A stretch of 64,000 nucleotides of DNA from Bacillota bacterium. GTDB taxonomy: Bacteria > Bacillota > Ch66 > Ch109. Below, one piece after another: positions 21,953-31,668 of this stretch. A program made the translations under genes and the position numbers. Every line of letters starts with the position of its first letter. Position 1 is the first letter of the stretch. The notes beneath the pieces are model-generated. The model ran no database searches, was not told the DNA's origin, and worked only from the letters and a program-made list of their open reading frames with translations. Where the stretch lies: NCBI GenBank assembly GCA_050952625.1, contig JBMNLH010000001.1:1632001-1696000 (forward strand), written 5' to 3'.

Positions 21953-22354
21953 GTGGCGCAGTTGACCGGACACTTTAGCAACGAGCGGCCAATCTTTATC
22001 CAGCTTGCTGAAATGCTGGAGGACGCGATCCTGAGTGGTGTATATAACGAGGATGACCAAGTCCCCTCCATCACGGAGTTTTCCGTTGCTTATAAAATGA
22101 ACCCGGCCACCGCACTCAAGGGAGTCAACATCCTTGTAGACGCCGGTCTGCTGTATAAAAAGCGAGGGCTGGGGATGTTTGTTGCAAAGGGTGCGCGGGA
22201 AAAGCTGATAGAGAGGCGAAAGGAACGCTTTTATCATGCTTTTGTTGAACCGATGATTCTTGAAGCGATACGACTCAGCATTAACGAAGCAGAGCTTTTC
22301 GAAATGGTGAAAAGAGGGTTAAGTGAACATTTGACAAGGCGGAAAGAGGGTTGA
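21953..22354 (+). CDS. GntR (YtrA subfamily) regulator
   Basis: PIFIQLA..PSITE..NPATALK..KRGLGMFV. Confidence 0.9.
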   Translation: MAQLTGHFSNERPIFIQLAEMLEDAILSGVYNEDDQVPSITEFSVAYKMNPATALKGVNILVDAGLLYKKRGLGMFVAKGAREKLIERRKERFYHAFVEPMILEAIRLSINEAELFEMVKRGLSEHLTRRKEG

Positions 22355-23220
22355 GTAACATGGGAATTAAAATCCAAAATGTCACCAAAAGCTTTGGTGC
22401 TACCCGCGCGCTTAACGGCGTCAGCCTCAATATTGCCGAGGGACAAATATATGGACTATTGGGAAATAACGGTGCGGGCAAAACAACACTTCTGAACATT
22501 ATCGCAAATCGCTTGTACACTGATAGTGGCGAGGTGTTGATCGACGACGAACCAATTTCAGACAACGACCGCGCGCTGGGCAAGGTGTTTTCGATCGGTG
22601 AACAAAACCTTTACCCCGATGAGATGCGAGTCCACAGGGCTTTGGCCGTAACAAAGCTGTTCTACCCGGGCTTTGATCTTCAATATGCAAACGAGCTAGC
22701 GCGACAATTCGGGCTGGACACCAAAAAAAAGATCACCGCATTGTCTACCGGTTACGCCTCAATCTTCCGGTTTGTCCTCGCTCTTTCGGTGAACACACCA
22801 TATCTGCTGCTAGACGAGCCAATGCTGGGACTTGACGCAATGCATCGCGACATGTTTTGCAAGCTTCTGATTAAGAAATACAGCGAAAACCCCTGCACCA
22901 TTGTGATCTCAACTCACCTGATCCAAGAGGTGGCAAATCTCATTGAGCATACGATCATCATTAAAAATGGACATATCCTCAAGGATATGCCACGTGAGGA
23001 ACTGCTTGACAGCGGCTATACCGTCTCCGGTCCGGCGGAACTGGTGACCATCTATATTAGCGGGCGCGAGGTATTGTCGGTCAATAGTCTTGGCAGACTG
23101 AAAACAGCCTGTGTTCAAGGTAAAGCCGAACCAGCCGACCTGCCTGCTGGACTGGAGCTTGGCAGGCTGAGCTTGCAGGACTATTTTATCAGTCTGATGA
23201 ACGAGGAGGATTACAAATGA
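22351..23220 (+). CDS. ABC transporter ATP-binding protein
   Basis: GNNGAGKTT, LSTG, LLDEP. Confidence 0.92.
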   Translation: MSNMGIKIQNVTKSFGATRALNGVSLNIAEGQIYGLLGNNGAGKTTLLNIIANRLYTDSGEVLIDDEPISDNDRALGKVFSIGEQNLYPDEMRVHRALAVTKLFYPGFDLQYANELARQFGLDTKKKITALSTGYASIFRFVLALSVNTPYLLLDEPMLGLDAMHRDMFCKLLIKKYSENPCTIVISTHLIQEVANLIEHTIIIKNGHILKDMPREELLDSGYTVSGPAELVTIYISGREVLSVNSLGRLKTACVQGKAEPADLPAGLELGRLSLQDYFISLMNEEDYK

Positions 23221-23966
23221 ACACGATGAATATAAGACCGGCTTTCCAATACAGATTCCTTGATACGTTAAAGGGTGTAGGAATCTTCTATGCCATCATG
23301 GCTGTACTCATGGCAGGTATCAGCTGCCTTGTTTTTTATGCGGTAAGTAAGGGCGGTAAAGTGTCGGTTAGCTTTTTCGCCTTTGAATTCGCCGCAGCCA
23401 TCACGCTGTTTGTTATGGGTATCACAACGATACGGGAGGATATGCGGCTCATGCTGCAAAACGGTATCGGGCGACGCACCATCTTTGTGACAGAGCTTCT
23501 TGTGGCACTATCTGTCTCTTTGCTCCTCGCTATTGCCGGCGAGCTGCTAATTGCCGTCGGGCAGGTTGTTATAACGAGCCGGTCGGAGTTCTTTATCACC
23601 GACCTCTTTCAGATAATCTACGCCAATGGGATCAACTACAACCTGACTTTGGGTGCCCGTTTTGAAAGCATTGTCCTTGCGTTCGGTTTATATACGTTCG
23701 TATATCTCGCTGGGATGTTCATCTCTCTGCTCTTCTACCGATTGAACAAAATCTGGACCCTGATCGTCGCTATCGGGGCACCGCTGCTCCTAATCATGGG
23801 ACTGCGGATAGCACTAACACCCGGAAGTTTTCTTGCATTAGCACTTGGTACGATGCTCGAATTCGCTCTAAGCAGTCCGTGGGCACTGTTTCTTTGCTTC
23901 CTACTGGCTGCTGTGCTCATAAGTTTCCTTAACTTGATCGCGATAAGACGCGCGCCGATAAAATAG
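23217..23966 (+). CDS. ABC transporter permease
   Basis: About 6 TM segments; ATGA overlap with the ATPase. Confidence 0.75.
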   Translation: MNTMNIRPAFQYRFLDTLKGVGIFYAIMAVLMAGISCLVFYAVSKGGKVSVSFFAFEFAAAITLFVMGITTIREDMRLMLQNGIGRRTIFVTELLVALSVSLLLAIAGELLIAVGQVVITSRSEFFITDLFQIIYANGINYNLTLGARFESIVLAFGLYTFVYLAGMFISLLFYRLNKIWTLIVAIGAPLLLIMGLRIALTPGSFLALALGTMLEFALSSPWALFLCFLLAAVLISFLNLIAIRRAPIK

Positions 23967-23981
23967 ATAGGGGTATCAGGA

Positions 23982-24059
23982 GTTACCTTGTTCAAACTTC
24001 AGGTAGAGCAGAGTCTCCACCTGAATTTCCATTTTTCAGCGAAGCTGGACAAGTTCACT
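23982..24059 (+). repeat. Repeat family A, short form (no inner module)
   Basis: GTTACCTTGTTCAAACTTCAGGTAGAG...AAGTTCACT matches the copies at 1551 and 31461. Confidence 0.8.
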
Positions 24060-24444
24060 GTATCTTTACTCTAAATATGCTGCCTTCCCGGTGATATCCT
24101 TTTTTTATATAAAACCCGTCTGAATTCGACATTACAATGATAGTTTGCCCAGGATAGTCCAGGCAGACTTGCTCAATAAGTTTTTGCCCAATTTTTTGCC
24201 CCCGAAATCTTACGTCAACAAGCAAATCACAAATGTAGATATAAAAACCACCATCATTAATAGAGCGTGAATACCCACATAAGGTTTCTTCCTCATAGGC
24301 TACATAGGTTATTGAGTTGACTAAGGCAGATTTATATTTTTCCGAAACTTCAGTAGTTAAATAGTACTCCCATCCTTGGCCCTCTGCTTCGATTAATTTC
24401 ATTATAGCAGCCTCATCTTCTTTGGTATACTTTCGTATTTCCAT
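24055..24444 (-). CDS. GNAT-family N-acetyltransferase
   Basis: DLLVDVRFRGQKIGQKL acetyl-CoA motif; start reassigned to 24444. Confidence 0.85.
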   Translation of the reverse strand: MEIRKYTKEDEAAIMKLIEAEGQGWEYYLTTEVSEKYKSALVNSITYVAYEEETLCGYSRSINDGGFYIYICDLLVDVRFRGQKIGQKLIEQVCLDYPGQTIIVMSNSDGFYIKKGYHREGSIFRVKIQ

Positions 24445-24670
24445 TTTCACCGCTCCTACGAAATATAATCTTCCTAAAGGCTTATAGCCTAATTTTAGCA
24501 TAATTGGGCTGAGAATAGCATTTGAGTCATGTCTTTTTGATAAAAAGACGGTCTTAGTCATAGCTAAATAAAACCTTATTGCGTTAAACTTTTTAGGCAT
24601 ATTTAGGTTAGGTTGAATGAAAAGAATCTTTTAAGCACTAAGAGCAGTATTCGAATTACGTAATGAGAGG

Positions 24671-25780
24671 TTGATGAAAATGAAAAAATCGCTAATTGTT
24701 TTGCTAGTCTTAGTTTCAGCACTATTAATAGCCAGTACGTCGATCTTTGCCTCCCAACCGTTGACGATTAATCTAAACGGGACCGTGGTATCTGCTCCTT
24801 CAGACACCAGGATAGTGGAAGGCCAAGTGATGGTTCCCCTGCGCTGGGCCGCTGAACAGCTGGGGGCCAGTTCGATTGAATGGGAGCCGGAGAAACGTAA
24901 TGTAACGATTAAAACAAACCAAGATGCCGGTACTTATCAAAATGTACTGGTCGCTTTACCCGACGTTCAGCTTTTCCTTCCCCTACCCAATAACTGGACA
25001 ATAGAAAGGACTAAGCATGGTTTTGACTTGAAAGACGCTCAGGGCAATACCCTTGGCAGCATTGACCAACAAGATGGGTATTATCTCCCCAACCACAGCG
25101 AGACTCTGAGTGACCAAAAGATTACGGTCAGCCAAGGGGAAAGCCACCTGCTGGTGCTGTCACGTTCGTACCCGGCGGCTTCGGGGGTAGCTGCAAACTG
25201 GCAGGAAGTTCACGCACTGCTGCCGTTTAAGGAGCAGATCTGGATTGACCTCTGCGTTAGAGTTAGTCCCGAACATGATGTTGAGCATCTAAAAACGATA
25301 TTGGAAAAGGCAATAACCGGAGTCGTTTATTATCAACCGGAAAGGCCACTGCCCCCAACGGAAACTGGTCGAAGTCAGCCGGCAGAGATAACAGAGTGGG
25401 AACCAACAATATATACAACTGTTAACAACCTTGACGGCGTCTCAATGAAGGTTAAGGAAGGAACCGCTTCTTCTACCAGTTTGACAGTAGGGTTTGAGAA
25501 TAACTCCAGCAGTCAGTGTATCTACGGCGAGCACTATTGGCTGGAGAAGAAAATCAACGGAAGCTGGTATCAGGTTCCGGTCGTTATCGATGGCAACTAC
25601 GGGTTTAACGATATTGGCTATAATTTAGCCGCTGGAGCCAAAGGCGAATGGGCAGTTGATTGGAACTGGCTCTATGGCAGCCTGGATACCGGTGAATACC
25701 GCCTTGTCAAAGATATCCTTAATTTTAGAGGTCCCGGGGAATATGATACTTACTATTTAACTGGGGAGTTTACAATTTAA
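24671..25780 (+). CDS. Secreted protein with copper-amine-oxidase-like N-terminal domain and C-terminal Ig-like domain
   Basis: Signal peptide; MVPLRWAAEQLGA; YG..Y.LEKK...W, W.WLYGSL..GEYRLVK. Confidence 0.75.
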   Translation: MMKMKKSLIVLLVLVSALLIASTSIFASQPLTINLNGTVVSAPSDTRIVEGQVMVPLRWAAEQLGASSIEWEPEKRNVTIKTNQDAGTYQNVLVALPDVQLFLPLPNNWTIERTKHGFDLKDAQGNTLGSIDQQDGYYLPNHSETLSDQKITVSQGESHLLVLSRSYPAASGVAANWQEVHALLPFKEQIWIDLCVRVSPEHDVEHLKTILEKAITGVVYYQPERPLPPTETGRSQPAEITEWEPTIYTTVNNLDGVSMKVKEGTASSTSLTVGFENNSSSQCIYGEHYWLEKKINGSWYQVPVVIDGNYGFNDIGYNLAAGAKGEWAVDWNWLYGSLDTGEYRLVKDILNFRGPGEYDTYYLTGEFTI

Positions 25781-25922
25781 TAACAGTATATATAACCAAT
25801 TACGCAGATTACGCAAAAAGGAAAGGACGCCTCATTAACGTGCTACTGTAGAATAAGAGCACCAGAGGCGTCCCCAATTATTAATGAGCTCATCTCAACT
25901 AGTCTGAAGCAAGGGTCTTTTA

Positions 25923-26465
25923 TCAGCGAATAGCGGTACAAGCGGGAATGTGGGTCCTAAGGCCCGCATCTTTCTTTTTTAGCGGTTTAAAAACGGATAT
26001 AACGATCATGGTTAGCATGATTAGAATCTGTAATGAGATAAATAAAAGAACCTGTCTGCCATCAGAAAATCCCCCTTGGAAGCCGAAGGCATTCACCTTG
26101 TCAATTACTGAAAAAATCTGACCAATAGTTCCTAAACCAATACATGGGATAAGCGAAAACGTAAAAATCCATTTAAGCATTACCCATCTGTGTTTAATAA
26201 ACCCCCAATTTGTCATTAACCCATAAATTAAACCCTGAAGCAGCGTAAATATAGCTATCGGTAAGATGATTTTTTTATACAGCTCGGGAATTAAAGAGAC
26301 GGTTATTAAAAAGTTAGTTTCACTTAGATTAAAAAAACAGATAACCGCTAGAGCACCTATGCAAACTGTTCCCCCGAACCAGATGCTTGCCGATATAATA
26401 TGTAAAATGCGCAGCCATTTCATGCCTTTAGCTTTCATAAAACCCCTTCCTTTCTCAATAGACAA
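25923..26465 (-). CDS. Four-TM membrane protein (DUF2269-like, tentative)
   Basis: LHIISASIWFG, T.WGFIKHRWV..KW, SVFKP. Confidence 0.55.
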   Translation of the reverse strand: MSIEKGRGFMKAKGMKWLRILHIISASIWFGGTVCIGALAVICFFNLSETNFLITVSLIPELYKKIILPIAIFTLLQGLIYGLMTNWGFIKHRWVMLKWIFTFSLIPCIGLGTIGQIFSVIDKVNAFGFQGGFSDGRQVLLFISLQILIMLTMIVISVFKPLKKKDAGLRTHIPACTAIR

Positions 26466-26647
26466 ACTTTTTACCCGTTTATCCCCCGGTTATATGGTAT
26501 CCCCACAAATATAAAAATAAGAATATAGGCTATGGGTTATGGGCTTTGCTTATCCTTGTCGAAAGGATCGTTCATCTATTAAGGTTGACGCAGCCAATCC
26601 GTCAACTTATCGTCTGCTGATACTGACTGCAGCCACCCTCACGTGAC

Positions 26648-26935
26648 TTAATCAACCTCACGCAGCAGCTTTTCCATAGCCTTTATTCGTTCTTTCATCT
26701 CGGATAGATCATTAACTATTATCTGTTGATCTTCGGCTATTTTTTGCTGTACAGTAATAGCCTCCTCCGCCAGCTTGCGGTATCTCTCATCTCTGGCAAG
26801 TTCAGCTTTAGTCGCAGTTTTGATTTGCCAACTCTTGAACCCTTGCCATATCACCGAGACAAACATGATGGTGAATAAAGTTAAAACAACCAGGACAAAA
26901 CCCTTTTCTATAAACTCTAATTGGAGATAATTCAT
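26648..26935 (-). CDS. Small membrane-anchored coiled-coil protein
   Basis: N-terminal TM plus coiled coil ending EKLLREVD; adjacent to ArsR. Confidence 0.65.
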   Translation of the reverse strand: MNYLQLEFIEKGFVLVVLTLFTIMFVSVIWQGFKSWQIKTATKAELARDERYRKLAEEAITVQQKIAEDQQIIVNDLSEMKERIKAMEKLLREVD

Positions 26936-27268
26936 TCAATTCCCTCCCTTTTCATTACTAGCATCCGCCGCGGTATCGCCGGGTTTAGTAACAGTCAGTG
27001 TTTTTACCGCTTCGGTAATACTTTCCGGGTTTAAGTAAAGGGCAAACGGTTTTGCTTCGTAATAGTTCATGGCTTTGCCGTCTTCAGACAACTCCAGTTT
27101 GCTCGTTACCAATCCGGCCTTCTCTAAGCGTTTCAAGTGCATATAGAGCAACGGTCTGCTGATCATAACCTCACGAGCGAGTTGACTCACATGGATCCGC
27201 CGGCCAGTCAGCAAAGCAATAATTTTTAATCGAAGGGGATTGGCCAATGCTTCCAGTATTTTGAGCAA
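26936..27268 (-). CDS. ArsR/SmtB-family regulator
   Basis: ALANPLRLKII..SQLARE..SRPLLYMHLKRLEKAGLV. Confidence 0.88.
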   Translation of the reverse strand: MLKILEALANPLRLKIIALLTGRRIHVSQLAREVMISRPLLYMHLKRLEKAGLVTSKLELSEDGKAMNYYEAKPFALYLNPESITEAVKTLTVTKPGDTAADASNEKGGN

Positions 27269-27351
27269 TTCATCTCCGGTAGGTGACCTTGGTTCTAAAT
27301 TGTGGTTATCATTTATTTCTCATTCCCCCTTTTCAAGAACGTTTAAATAGG

Positions 27352-27391
27352 ATCCTAACACCTGTAATAATTATATTACAGGTGTTAGGAT
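27352..27391. promoter_or_regulatory. Perfect 18-bp inverted repeat, probable ArsR operator
   Basis: ATCCTAACACCTGTAATA-atta-TATTACAGGTGTTAGGAT upstream of the ArsR operon. Confidence 0.7.
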
Positions 27392-27613
27392 GTTTCAAGT
27401 GAGTATAGTGTTGGCTTTCAATGTTTTGGGTTAGATATAACGTGCCTATGTATATTGCTAAAACTGTAAATGCTTCTATATGAGGAGCGTTTCATTTTTA
27501 TTGAAGATATAGACTGTTTCATCACAGCCGCAAATAAAAAAACGCCTCCATTTAGTGTGCTGATGTACCAACAGAAGCACCAGAGGCGTTTCTCGCTTCT
27601 CATATAAACCACC

Positions 27614-27720
27614 CATGTCCCAAGATCACAACCACCGATGAAAATCGCAAACATATGTCATTCTGAGCGTTAGCGATGGATCTTACTTCTCAGCGTGGAA
27701 AGGATTCTTCGATGCAGCAA
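27614..27720 (+). repeat. Repeat family B copy
   Basis: CACAACCACCGATGAAAAT..ACATATGTCATTCTGAGCG..GGATTCTTCG. Confidence 0.65.
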
Positions 27721-27730
27721 AATATACCGG

Positions 27731-28024
27731 TTATAATAAAAACTCAAACTGCCTTTTACCATATAGTATCCGCCTTATCTCAACCTTCTTTTCCTTAACG
27801 ATATAAAACACCAGGTATCTATGCACCACCATAACACGATAACCTTTTGCACGAAGCAATGGGTCCTTTATCAGCGGATAGCGCAGCGGCATATGCTCAA
27901 GAGATCCGATGCTTTCTATAATGTCATCATAGAGTTTTAGTGCCGCCTGCTGCGATAACTCGCCGACAATTTCCTGTAAATCTTGCTTGGCCAAAGGGAA
28001 AATCAGCAGCTTATATTTTTCCAC
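27731..28024 (-). CDS. RelE/ParE-family toxin
   Basis: AKQDLQEI..SLEHMP..GYR..YLVFY..VEIRRILYG. Confidence 0.88.
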   Translation of the reverse strand: MEKYKLLIFPLAKQDLQEIVGELSQQAALKLYDDIIESIGSLEHMPLRYPLIKDPLLRAKGYRVMVVHRYLVFYIVKEKKVEIRRILYGKRQFEFLL

Positions 28025-28292
28025 GGACGTTTTTCCTCAGTTCTTTCGCCACATCGAAAAATTCCTCACCGACAGCCCCGTTTGCAATTTCCGCCTCCGA
28101 CTCAAATAACTTACGGTATAGTTCGATGAGGGCTTGCTGCCGTTCGTAGGTTTCAATACTCATGACCACCATGTCGCCAGTGCCATTTTTCGTGATGAAC
28201 ACCGGTTCACGTTCCCTTCGGCAGAACTCGGATATTTCGTTAGCGTTATTGCGCAAGTCTGAAATAGGGCGGATGCTAGGCATAGTTTTCAC
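28011..28292 (-). CDS. Phd/YefM-family antitoxin
   Basis: IRPISDLRN, EPVFITKNGTGDMVVM. Confidence 0.9.
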   Translation of the reverse strand: MKTMPSIRPISDLRNNANEISEFCRREREPVFITKNGTGDMVVMSIETYERQQALIELYRKLFESEAEIANGAVGEEFFDVAKELRKNVRGKI

Positions 28293-28389
28293 TCCCCATC
28301 TGCAATATTTATGATTTAATTATAGCATGATTTGGGGACATATATAAGCGTAATTCCGCCCCATAATAGACAAACAATTACTAAGTAGA

Positions 28390-28446
28390 TTATGCGTTAG
28401 TCAATCTCTTGGTTATGGGCTTATTCAATCTTTCTAACCATTCCAT
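28390..28446 (-). pseudogene. N-terminal scar of an AraC-family regulator gene
   Basis: GAAAGGAG RBS then MEWLERLNK, typical of clostridial AraC/GyrI regulator N-termini, cut off by a 25-bp repeat. Confidence 0.5.
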
Positions 28447-28553
28447 CACATCAGCTCCTTTCAAAGTTTAGTATTGAATAAAAGAATAAACCTCTCATTA
28501 GCTGCCCAAAGTTGAGAGGTTTTGCAGGTTATGCGTTAGTCGATTTCTTGGTT
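28390..28553. repeat. 25-bp direct repeat pair (28390-28414 and 28529-28553)
   Basis: TTATGCGTTAGTC(A/G)AT(C/T)TCTTGGTT, 23/25 identical. Confidence 0.85.
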
Positions 28554-28586
28554 GCGCCCCTTTATTTTACTTTTCTGTCCTTATCC

Positions 28587-29611
28587 CTATTTAGCCAGCT
28601 TTTCTTGAAGCATGGTATTAACCACCCCGGGATTAGCCTGCCCCTTAGTGGTTTTCATTAAGTCCGGCAGGCCATGCTCCTCAACTAAGCGTTTCCTACG
28701 GGCGTCAGGTAATTCCGGGATGGAGGCTCGGACCTCTTCAATCCACTCTTCGGTTAGCTCGATCGGGGTTAACTCAGGCTCAATAAAACACCGATAATCC
28801 GGGTTTTCCTTATTACGCATGGACACGGTTATCCCCTTGTTTTCATCCCAGCCGCGGGTTTCCGGATAACCCTTCCCCCGTCCTCCAAAACATCTATCTG
28901 TCTTTCCACTTCATACTCAATTGCTCTTTGCACCGCCCGGAAGGAGTTCATATTCTTGATTTCTGTTTTTGTGCCCAAGGTAGTAGTTCCAACCGGACGA
29001 ACCGAGACGTTGGCATCACAGCGTAACGAACCTTGTTCCATCTTTACATCAGAAACACCGGCGTATTCTAAGTTAGCCTTTAGCTTTTCCAGGTAAGCTT
29101 TAGCTTCCTCGCCGGAGCTTATTTCCGGTTCGGAGACGATTTCAATGAGGGGCATCCCGGACCGGTTGTAGTCCACAAAAGAATAGTGGGAAGTAGTAAT
29201 CGAGCCGCCTGAATGGACTAGTTTGCCGGGATCCTCTTCCATATGAGCCCGGGTGATATTAATTCGTTTGCTCTGGCCATTTACCTCTATATCAAGATAT
29301 CCCTGATAAGCGATAGGCCGAAAGACTTGGGAGATCTGATAGCCCTTAGGTAAGTCAGGATAATAATAGTTCTTTCGATCAAACCAGGTATAAGTACCTA
29401 TTGCACAGTTTAAGACTAAACCGGCTTTAGTAGCTAACTCGACTGCTTTTTTATTTAAGATACCGGTACTACCAGGCAGCCCCAGGCAGACTGGACACAC
29501 CTGGGTATTTGGCTCCTTTCCGAATTCCGTAGAACAACCGCAAAATAATTTCGTATCCGTCTTTAACTCCACGTGAACCTCTAAGCCGATAACGGCTTCG
29601 TATTTACTCAT
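28587..29611 (-). pseudogene. gatB: Stand-alone gatB pseudogene (frameshift plus large internal deletion)
   Basis: [36 protein letters not shown]; frameshift at VIQETR (~28862); HGLPD fused directly to the C-terminal MKTTKGQANP; no adjacent gatC or gatA. Confidence 0.88.
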
Positions 29612-29983
29612 CTTGCTCCCCCTATAAAAATGTTTAACACATCTTCAGTTCCTACCCTTAAATCCGTTAAACTTAATTATATTCAATATTATATATTGTG
29701 GCAAATAACTCCACTAGCCTTTTAACGCTGATCACGATGCGGTTGTCTTTAATTTATATCACGTACCCAGTATAGGACTCACTAAGGGGTGAGAGATTTG
29801 GCGCAAAATGTTTATTAAAAACTAATTCATGAAATTCTCAAGCCAGAATTATTTTGCGGCATTGTGAAATCAATACAATTCCGGTAAGATACCTGTATTC
29901 CCAACATCCCATCCCGGTCGCCTTAACCCTGATGCAATTTTAATGTCTTGTCTTGACTGGTGAAGAAGAGAGGCAGCAAAAAA

Positions 29984-30108
29984 ATAAGATTCTTCACTTC
30001 GTTCAAAAATCACGCACAGCCCGCACCATAGTAAACGAATAGAGATAATTTTCATAGCAATAACAAAAAGGCGTGGTTTTCTAGCTTGGTTGTGTCTGGC
30101 GGGCATAG
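29984..30108 (-). repeat. Repeat family B copy carrying the inverted end
   Basis: AGATTCTTCACTTCGTTCA core and GGTTGTGTCTGGCGGGCATAG, the reverse complement of the CTATGCCCGC..CACAACC end seen at ~5757. Confidence 0.6.
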
Positions 30109-30223
30109 ATGGTTACCACGGATAGATGAACTTCTTCGTGTTGAAAAAAAGATTTTTGAGCAAACTGATAGCAACATATAATAGTAACCTAATTAAATAA
30201 ACATGAGGGATATAATGGGAAAT

Positions 30224-31451
30224 ATGAAACGTATAATAGTGGTTAGGCGGAGGAGCAGCTGGAATGATCGCGGCTATTTCTGCAAGAAGATTGGGGGCGG
30301 ACGTCACCATACTGGAGAAAAATCCGCGGGTAGGTAAGAAAATACTGGCTACCGGAAATGGCCGGTGTAACTTTACTAATATCAATACGGATATTACATA
30401 TTACCATGGCAGTAACCCTAAATTTGCTTACACAGCATTATCTAATTTTACAACAGAGGATACGATTCGGTTTTTTGAAAAATTAGGGATTGCCCATAAA
30501 GTAGAGGATTTGGGGAAGGTCTTCCCGATGTCGGATCAGGCTTCGAGTATTCTCGATGTCCTTTTATATGAATTGAATGACATAGGAATCAATATCGTTT
30601 GTGATGCTTATGTAAAAAATATTACACCTAAAGGTGATCGGTTTAGAATAGAGTTGGCAGATGGGAAAGTATATCATGGGGATAGAGTCATTATTGCTAC
30701 AGGCGGCAAAGCTATGCCTTCCAGCGGTTCTGATGGCAACGGCTATGATTTAGCGGTCAAGCTTGGCCATAATATCATCAATGTTTTTCCGGCTCTAGTT
30801 CAATTAATGTTAGAAGGATCTTTCTTTAAACGGATTGACGGGGTTAAATTCGTGGGGACTGCTGAAATTATCCACAACAATAAGTCCGTTGTTAAAGACC
30901 GAGGAGATATCCTCTTTACAAATTATGGCGTATCCGGGCCGCCAATTTTACAGATAAGCAGAAAAGCAGGAGAACTATTAAATGCAGGAAAAGATGCCTA
31001 TTTAAAACTAACGATTATGGATATGATGAACAAGGAAGATTTAAGAAGATTTCTGAATAAACGTTTCCAAATAGGTTCAAAAAAGCCTATCGAGTTTAGC
31101 CTGGTCGGCCTGATAAATAAAAGATTGATCCCGGTAGTGCTAATAGAAGCGGGTATCAATGATATAAAGCGTCCTGTTGCCAATTTATCGGTGAAAGAGC
31201 AGGAGCGAATTGTAGATATTTTGACTGATTGGAGATTTAAGGTCAGGGGAACCAAGGGTTGGACTAGTGCGCAAGTAACCGCCGGCGGTGTGGATACAAA
31301 GGAAATAAATCAAAATACTATGGAATCTAAATTAGTCAAAGGTTTATTTTTCGCTGGTGAAATACTAGATATAGATGGCCAGTGTGGTGGTTTTAATCTT
31401 CAGTGGGCGTGGTCCTCTGGGTTTATTGCCGGGCAGCATGCAGCTCTATAG
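30224..31451 (+). CDS. HI0933/BaiN-family flavoprotein (apparent +1 frameshift near the start)
   Basis: GKKILATGNGRCNFTN, ATGG, GGFNLQWAWSSG; removing one T at ~30243 restores MKRIIVVGGGAAGMIAA. Confidence 0.85.
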
Positions 31452-31460
31452 TCCACTTTA

Positions 31461-31668
31461 TCTGAATCAAAAGACTCCCACTTCTATAAGTGGGGGTTAC
31501 CTTGCATAATCAGAAAGTATAAGTGGACTTTCTGATTATAAGTAGTGCAACTAGGGCTTCCGCCTTGCACCAAGGGCTTGGCGTAAGCCAAGTTTTTTAT
31601 TTAAACGTCAGGCGGAGCAGAGTCTCCACCTGGAGCCTCGATGTTCAGTGAAGCTGACCGAGTTCACT
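31461..31668 (+). repeat. Repeat family A, long form
   Basis: CCCACTTCTATAAGTGGG hairpin, inner module, AGTTCACT end. Confidence 0.85.

Noticed and set aside
28380-28402. Possible dif/Xer site
   Set aside because: Only TTATG resembles the XerD arm; the 11-6-11 consensus does not fit
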